Below are positions 11,638 to 20,600 of a stretch of DNA of 64,000 nt, one piece after another. The notes under the pieces are model-generated. The model worked only from the letters and a program-made list of their open reading frames with translations, was not told the origin of the DNA and made no database searches. The stretch spans positions 372,001 to 436,000 of the forward strand of contig OZ025797.1 in the NCBI GenBank assembly GCA_964019425.1, given 5' to 3'. Every line of letters begins with the position of its first letter. Position 1 is the first letter of the stretch. The stretch comes from Flectonema sp. DT1601. Lineage: Eukaryota. Made by a program: the position numbers and the translations under genes.

Positions 11638-14600
11638 ATGAAGAAGTCTGCTGGTAGGCTAGCACCCTTGTACCCAACTAAACAAATCTCACAAGATGGT
11701 GTAGAACTATTTCGTTCTTATGACTTTAGTGAAGATCGAATCAAGAGATCAAATCGAGTTGATTCTCGACCACGTCTTGCGATTGAATTAGAAAACTTCA
11801 TCGACACCGAAATGAGAAAGTTAGGAGTTCATAATTGGAGAGAACCACCAACAGTAAAACTAGTAACACCAGAGAGATTATCAGTCTTTGAGACCGCATT
11901 GCGACTCCTTGGTCTTCACTTCACTCCCTACACAGAACTGTTTGATAGTATTATAAGGGAGTACAAGACTTACACAGAACTTCACTGCAGTGGTACTAAG
12001 AAATTACAACTTACAATGAAGTACCTTGACCAAACATACGCTAGAAGTGTTGAGGCAATTCAACACGCATCCGAAGTAACTTCACAGCAATACCAACGAG
12101 CGACTGAAGAAGCAAAACAAAATGAAGAAAAACACAAACAAGAAGCGGAAACTCTGAGTGAAGATGTACAATTATGGAAAACCAAATCCAGAGAGAACCT
12201 AAACAGAGCTTTGTTCCTCCAAACCGTTGTGGATGAGCAGAAAGAAGAACTTCAGCGAGAGCGGCAACACTCATTAAATTTAGAAACAACCGTCAGAGAA
12301 CACAATATCAAACGTACGGAACTCGGTGAGCTTCAACAGGCCTTTGAATCAAAAAGATATTTACTGGCATTGGAAAGAGAGAAACGAGAATCAGCAGAAC
12401 AGCTGGCTGACGAACTAGAGTTGCAGCTGTCACAAGCTGGTAGCAGTATTAAGAAACTCCAGAGAGTCTCTAAAAAAGCAACTGAAAAGCTTCGAGTTAC
12501 TAACTCTGAAAACACCCACCTCTCCACACGTCTTAAGGATGCAGCCCATGAACTCTTACAGTGTCAGTCAGGTGATCCAGTAGTTAGTGGTTCAGGTATG
12601 GATTATTTATCTTTTCAATTTAAGACTCAAATGAATAAGTACAGCGTCGTCTGATGTTGTATAAATTATGTTTTGTTTCCATCGGATGGCCTTAGGTCAT
12701 CAGAATATAAATATTATCTCTGATGCGTCCTTCTTTCATCGTCTCCATTTTTTCATTTTCTTTTAACATTATTACGCTTTTTATTTCTTTCTTTTTATAC
12801 GACTTTCTACACTTTCTTTCTTTCTTTCTTCCTCCTAATGATGTGAGTAAATGATTAGTTGACCCCAAAAGGGTGTTTATTTATTTAAATTGGAGGTAAA
12901 CTGCCATGCCATGGTCCTTGTTACTACATTAGATGAATCTACACAGCGACCTTGCCAATAAATAAATAAAACCTTGCTGCTTTCTGTACTTTATTGATTT
13001 CGCAACCTAATATTGGTAAGAATCAGTGGGTACGTTTCACAGGAAAAGCAATTATGAGAGACAACCTGAGGAGGTTAGTATCGGAGGCTATGAACCTCCT
13101 GAAGATGGTGGGAGATGATGGGATCCCCGAGTATGAGAAAGAGAAAAGAGTAGCGAATCTCCTGATGGAGGTTATCCAGTTCGTGACGGGGTCGGAAGGT
13201 GGGAACCCTGAGATGAAAAGAAGAAGACCGGACACTCCCGAAGTGGGTGGTGGGACGGATGCGACCGCGACGGCAACCGAAGCGACGGCCCCAACCGCAG
13301 GCAGCAATCAACCGACAACAGAGGCGTCTACAGCTTCTAATCAACAGACAACATCGGCACCTAAACAATCAACCTTTTCGTTTCCGCTGCCTGTACCATC
13401 ATCAACATCGACTAAACAAACCACAAAGGGGAATGCTAAAGCAAGCTACCCGGAATGGCATGTACACGGCGCGTGGGCGGGCACTGTGTCTACAATCAAC
13501 TACGACGTAGCAGCGAATGCTACCAACAATCTCGCATCGGGTCTTGTTTTAGTACGCTCTAAACAGGACTGGGAAGCTCTCCGTCAGACAAAGAAGAGTG
13601 GTCGATGGGCTGCAATCAGCAAAGTACCGCTAACCAAAAGCACGGTGCCTGTCGCCATACCGGTGATCAAAAAGGGTGGTGTCTGCGAAATCAGACGAGT
13701 CTTCTACACGCATATCTGTGGTGAAGATTTTTCCAAAGCCACATCCGAAATTCAACATCCGACACCCGACCCCGTCTTGTTTGTTCAGGATTGGGGCAAA
13801 TCAAGTGAAAAAGATCTAACGATCAAAACAAAGGAACTGCTAAAAAAGAAAAAGATTAATGCAGCCCCTTTCAGTTACAAACGAAATGATTCACATTCCT
13901 CAATGGCTATTAGAATTCCCAGAAACCAAGTACACAAGATTCTGGAGTTTAACAATAACGACCCGGAGACCGACAAACCTAAGAATGTATTTGTCAGAAA
14001 CCCGAGCTGGTCAAATGGAAGCGATGTCTGGCCAACTCTTCAATTCAATAACGATCTTGGATTCTTGGCAGCAAAGTCCAAGACATCAATACTGGAAGGT
14101 TTCGAAGGTAAATTCTACCTGTGTAAGTTCAAAACCTGTTATGGACTCCGAGTTCATCCCGACTGCAACACTGAAGTGCGTATTAAGTTAAGCGCGTCAC
14201 TCAAACCTGCACTGCCTTCCGGTGACAGGTACATTATAAAATCAATGGCGATACGGAAATTCTCAACAGCGCAGATCAGCGACTTTATGAAGTCCTCTCA
14301 CAACTGGGAGCACACAGTGGTCGCATCGTTTAACAAAGGTGGAAGCACTACGATTGTGGCGATTTCAAACACGCAGCCTCCCAACTTCGTGAGCATAGGC
14401 ACCAATGAGTACCTTGTGATAAACAAGGAAGTTAAGAAAAGTGACAGAAAACCGCTAGGCCCAACCTACAACCCAGGCGACGCGGCTCAAAAACTGACAG
14501 GAACCCTGAAGAGACAGAAGACAGCTCCTCAACCACAACAACCAACTCAGCTACCACATCAGACGGCAGCAGCACCGACACCAGCGCCAGCACCCACACC

Positions 14601-17600
14601 AGCATCAGCTCCACCACCCACTGAATCTGCTGTTAAACAAGAAGGTGATAAGAACGGCGATGTTGAAATGGAAGATGATGACTCGGATTTTGACCTCAAC
14701 TGACTAGATGAAGATGACGATGATTTAAATCCGACCAACTCACTCACAGAAAAGAATACGGCTCGTGAACTGCTGCTTCAGGCAGGCGATGTCGAACGCA
14801 ACCCTGGCCCTGACGACTCCCTCATATCACTACTAAGCTGGAACTGTCGATCGATGGGGAACAAAGGTGCCTACATACACAAGCTGCTCAATGCCTATGC
14901 GCCTGACGTACTGTGCCTGCAAGAAACTTGGACAAAAGATGTAGTCTCACACACGGATTATTTTACCTATCGGAATGATAGGGCAACACGGGGTGGTGGG
15001 GTTATTACTATGGTGAAGAAATGCCACACTCAGCAGCGTTCTGATATCGTACTTCCGCCTCACTTAAATGATGTTGAAGTTGTAAAGGTCAACATAGGTG
15101 GAAAGATTGACATCTTAAATATTTATGCTCCCCCGGGATGCAAGATCAGAAAGTCAGATCTTCCAGTCTCAACGAAAGCAATCGTCGCGGGTGACTTTAA
15201 TGCCCATCATCCGGTGTGGTCATCAAAATCGACGCCAGCAGGTTCTACTCTACATGAATGGGCAGCACACAATGATCTACTGGTAGCCAACAAGATGGGG
15301 TCAATCACAAGGCCTTTTCCTAATATCCCGGGGGGCGGTACCTCGCCGGACGTAGTATTTTTTCAAAACTCGATGATTCTGGAAGAATTCTCTGTAATTA
15401 GAGAAGATAATAAACATGGATCTGATCACCGACCTCTCTACACCGTACTGGATCCCATGTGTCAACTTACACGTGCCACGATAGGTTCTAAGAAACGTGT
15501 GGTGTGGGACTTCAAGTCTACGGACTGGAACTGCTTTGGAAATATGCTCGATAAGAGAATTAGAAAATCGAAACTCTCCAACGATGCAACTGCGAATGCT
15601 AAGCTCTTTAACAACATACTGCATGAAGTGGCGGCTAAATTCATTCGTCGACGTGTCCTTTTCAAAGGGAAACGGAGACGAAAGTGGAAGACGTCAACAC
15701 CTGATTCTACCAAATCGAAGGGTGTCCACCTACGTGATCAACTTGACAAGGGTAACAACTTTGCCTTCGCGTTTAAGAAGATCAAAGAACTGCAACAAGA
15801 TGCTGGTAAAGATATCAGTGTCAACAACATCTCCGACTGCGACCTACCATCAGCATTCTTGGACCTGTTTGTCTCGAAATCGGAAATATTATCGCTAGAG
15901 GCCCCCGCACTCTCAGAAGGTGATAATGAAATAGATATTTGCTGTGATTTCACAATGGCTGAAATTAAAGCTGCGATTAAGAACCTGAAGACCCGCAAGG
16001 CTGCAGGACCTGATGGAGTTCACAATGAGATGATCAAAAACTTCACTCCGGCAACAGTGGAATACCTCCTGAGAATTATTAACACTTCCTGGAAGACTTC
16101 AAAAGTACCGTACCAATGGAAACAGGGACTAATCAAGCCTATGTTCAAGGCTGGAAAACCTCGAAATGAACTGAAGAGTTTCAGACCCATTACGCTCACA
16201 TCGGTTGTTGGGAAACTTGCGGAGAGGCTCGTGTATGACCGACTCATGCACTGGCTCACTAAACATTCGTCACTCAGCCCACTACAGGCTGGATTCAGAA
16301 GGGGGAGAAATACCTGCGAACAGATCACCGTTTTGGTAGATGCCGTCGTAAGGATGCACATGAAGAGAAAGAGATCGGTGTTCTTATCGTTTGATTTTAC
16401 TGCTGCGTTTGACAGGATCAACCATAAGATACTTTTATTAAAATTGGTAAAGATGGGTGTTCCGAATGTTATTATCAGATGGATCACAGACTTTCTTACA
16501 AACAGGAAGGTTAGAGTTGAAGCGAATGGTTATCTTAGTGAATTCCGTACTCTGGCTAAGGGGGTTCCACAGGGATCGATCCTGGGTCCTCTTCTTTATC
16601 TTATCTACGTTGATGACCTCTGCAAGATTTTGGAACTGGAGAAAGAAACAACGACGTCTGCTCTGTATGCGGATGATACAGCATGTGTAGTATCTGGACA
16701 TAACATGGAAGAAGCTCTTTCAAATGCTCAAATAATACTTGATAAAGTGGATCAATGGTGTTCTGACAACGACATGGCCCTGTCGGTCTCAAAGACCTGT
16801 GCTCTTAAGATGAAAGTCCGTACGAAGGATACGATTCTCAACGACACCTGCAATCGCGAATTACTATTTTCCAGATCTGTTGTGGAAAACGTTATCAAAA
16901 TGGACTATAGTGACATTGAAAAGAGTATCAACTTAAACTCTTCTAGACCCATGCTTCAAAGCGGCGAAACTATTCTCGAGGTTGATGGAACTCCGATCAA
17001 AACGCAAGACGAACTTGACAACGTGATGTTGCGGAATATTGTTCTCGAAAACAACGTGATGGTGGTGAAAGCCAGATTTAAAACCGCATTTCTGTTGCCA
17101 ATCGTGGACTCAGTGAAATACCTCGGAGTTCACATCGACGACAGACTCACTTTCCACAAACAGGTGGCTAAGATTCATGAAGAACTGAAAAAGGGAATAT
17201 CTCTGCTTCAATGCCTTCAACCGTATGATCTTGACTACAAAACGCTAAATATGGTCAAGAACCTTTACGTAACTGCGAGAATCTCTTATGCGCTCGATAG
17301 CTTTGGTTGGTTGATAAGCAACAGCGTTGATAGTATTGATTTCGAACTGAGGAAGGTTGCCAGGCTGGTTACTGGATGCAGCAGGTGCACACCGAGAGAA
17401 CTTCTACTGTGGGAAGCGGACATGCTTCCCTTTAAACGTCAGATCGAAAAGCAAACCAAGATAGCGTACTACAGGTATAAAGCCATGACTTGGATACCTA
17501 GTACCAACAGACTCGCCTCAACCCAAAGCTACTGGGCTGGCCTCCTTCCTGGCATTGACAGCCAGCGTGAAAGCCAGTGCCTTGTACAGCCTGACTCGAT

Positions 17601-20600
17601 GGAACCCTGGGTATCTCCGACAAACCTTAGGATTAGCAACGGCTGCGGATTTCCGAAGTCCGCGAACCCTGCGGTGGACAAAGAAAAATTCATGTCGTAC
17701 ATTGGAACGTTACCTCCTGTCGACATGTTAATCAACTGCGATGGCTCCTACTCTGCTTCCGGCGCGGCCGGAGCGGCTCATATTGCCAAGTCACGTAGCG
17801 GCCTTCGATCTGCTTACGCGTCTAGGCTCTATCAAGCTGACTGCAGCTACAGGGCTGAACAACATGCTCTGAAGAACGCGGCTAGACATCTGAGAACAGT
17901 GTTTAGCAAAGATCCTTCAATGAGATCTGTAAGGCTATTCACGGACTCAAAATCCCTTCTGGATGAACTGCTGGGTGGAAGGTGCAGACAGAGGAATACT
18001 GAGTCCCTCAAGATACTAGAATACCTGCGCATGTGTGAAATGAAAGTGCATTTGCAATTCATCCCCTCGCACATTGGAATCGAGTTTCACGATGAAGTTG
18101 ACGCGCTTGCAAAGGAAGCAGCGCACAACAAGAACATCCGACCTGTGCTAGTCAAAGGCACTTACTTCTCGCGATCATCACATGTTAAGCGCTGCATCAA
18201 AAAGGATCTGCTTAACGTGAGTGGCTACACCTGCTACAAACACCTCATCGGAGGCCGTTCCGTTAAATACCCTCCTGGGATGGAAAGAGCCGACGAGATA
18301 CGGATAGCGAACTTCCGGACAGGATGTCACCCGCTAATTCAGAACTGGCGCAAAAATATCGACTGCCCATTTTGTGGCGAACCGTCCTCACAGGTTCACC
18401 TGCTGCAGGGATGTCAATCTCCCAAACTCGACTCGGCCAGGTTCAAAATCCTGGGCTTCTCAACACTGACCGGCAAGTGGGATCGCGATCGGGAACTTAT
18501 TATTGCCAACGAAATTCCTAACCTTGAAGCCCTCTTCACTTTGGCGTGGCTTCCATCACTCGCGTTGATCATAAGGTGGATGGAACAGACATCTAACCTT
18601 AGACTTTGGAAATAAAGTAGGTGACATGTAGTCGCCAATATCAATTTGTTATTATTTTAGTATTTCCATCATTATCAATCATCTCCTGGTTGGGTGACTG
18701 CACATCACCTTCGGTGTTGTCGCAGTGTCTCATCCAACACTCCTGTCTCCTTCTTCTCCTATTCTCCTTTAAATTTCTCTTGAGGGCAGGCCTTCGGGCT
18801 GTTCAAGTGGTCTTTGACCACCGCTCTAGTTATATGCTCGATTCTTTGTTTTCCTTATCGATGGTAGGAATGGTAACCGAATTAGCTTCATGTGTCCAAT
18901 TTCAAGGACGCGTGACCATTTATTTTTTTCCGTTGCCGCTCTTCTTACGTCCTCAGGCGGAGCCTACCTATGTTTCCCGTGTTTTCCAATTTGTCAGACT
19001 TAAACCAAAAGAAAGTATAAAAGAAAGACAAAACATAGAAGTGAAAAGAACAAAAACAAAGAGTTTGGTAGCACAGACGAGTGTAACCAAAAAAAAAAAA
19101 AAACCTTGCCCATTCAAGACCATTTATTTTTTCCGTTGCCGCTCTTCTTACGTCCTCAGGCGGAGCCTACCTATGTTTCCCGTGTTTTCCAATTTGTCAG
19201 ACTTAAGTTAAAAAGAAAGTATTAAAGAAAGACAAAACATAGAAGTGAAAAGAACAAAAACAAAGAGTTTGGTAGCACAGACGAGTGTAACCAAAAAAAA
19301 AAAAAAAAAAAAAACCTTGCCCATTTTATAGCGCCCGTGGTGTAATGGTAGCAGCAGCAGTCAAATAAACAGGTCTGTAGCCAGGCCTTGTATGCGTGTC
19401 CAGGTTCGATTCCTGGCGGGTGCGATTTTACCACCCTTAAAAACATTATTTATTTATCTATTTTATGCCATAAACAAATTATTTCTGTGCACATTTCATC
19501 ACTCGCGGTAGTTTTTTTTTTTTTTTTTTTGACCTCTAATTTGCTGAGCAATAGTTGTTATATTCCTTGGTGATCCATCTATCGATCCCGACACTGTTCC
19601 AGAAACATGAATGAACAAGTCAATTCTGTTATAATTCTCTTCGATGGATCTGCATAAGAAGTTGTATTCGACACAGCACTCAATGATATGATAGTCGAAT
19701 CAGAAAAGAAACCTTCAGTGATAATGGTGTTGTGTATTTCAAACTAACTGACGACGTAATAAAACTATCTTGTGAAGTATTGTTGTCATCAGAAAGTGGT
19801 GATGCTCTTCACTTATACGATGCAAGAGATAGCAGTGATTATTTAACAGTTAACGTTTACGTTTCGAATAGGAATAGCGAACCTCTATCTTAGCCAATAT
19901 GGGATGTTCAACTATCATCAGTTTATAATAATAATAATATTGTTTGAAATCATCAACCAGTTCATCTCAGGGGGATTTGGGAACTCCAATTTCGCGTTTC
20001 TTTGAAAAAGTAGAGTGAAATGTGCACAGTCGTAATTTTAATTTATGGCATTAAATAAAATTAAACGGTTAAGTTGACATACTTTGTAATAATTATCATC
20101 TCATACAGTGATGCCCCCCCCCCCCCCCCCCCCCCCCCACTCGACGATACTTTCTCTGGTAGTTTATTTAAAGCATGCGATTTTGTGTGGACAGAATCCA
20201 GTTATAATGATTCATGTCTAATTTGTTGCGTGTTAACCCCCCTTGATTTATTTATCCAAATCCCCCCCCACTCGACGATATAATAGAACTGATCAGAGAT
20301 GAGTTTATCAACTTAAGCATCCCTAATTGATACTCATGTGTATTTTTTTTTCTTTTTTAATTAGCAAACCAAAAACAATAACCAAAAAAAAAAACTAAAT
20401 CAGGAACAAGTAAAACACTAACTCCTCGACCAAATTGGAAATGTGATGTACTAATTGATGTTTTATTAAAGGAAGTTGAAGAACCTGCCGGTAGAGAGTA
20501 TCAACAGTCGACATCTGCTAAAAAAGACAATCAACTACAAGTACCTGATGCTAATAATCCTACAGAAAAAGAGGGTATGGCAATGCATGCTGCTGATGAA

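Larger units (their letters stand above)
12978..19103 (+). mobile_element. Apparently full-length non-LTR retrotransposon (Ingi/I-like; ORF1 + APE-RT-RNase H-CCHC)
   Basis: Two large ORFs, a ~470-bp 3' UTR and a poly(A) tail at 19089-19103. Direct repeat (AAA)ACCTTGC at 12971-12977 and 19103-19109 is consistent with a target-site duplication. Confidence 0.93.

Noticed and set aside
14701..14703. UGA reassigned to an amino acid genome-wide
   Set aside because: TGA appears to end a host gene normally (4442-4444), and no long host ORF contains an in-frame TGA.
19355..19368. TCA triplet in the tRNA-like gene as a UGA-suppressor or Sec anticodon serving the LINE readthrough
   Set aside because: No U33 before it, no 5-bp anticodon stem around it, and the acceptor/T arms have 7/5 rather than Sec geometry. 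Attractive but unsupported.
20114..20280. C25 run and direct repeat CCCCCCCCACTCGACGATA (about 20131 and 20262)
   Set aside because: Short local duplication and homopolymer in an intron; G4 potential only, no further support.
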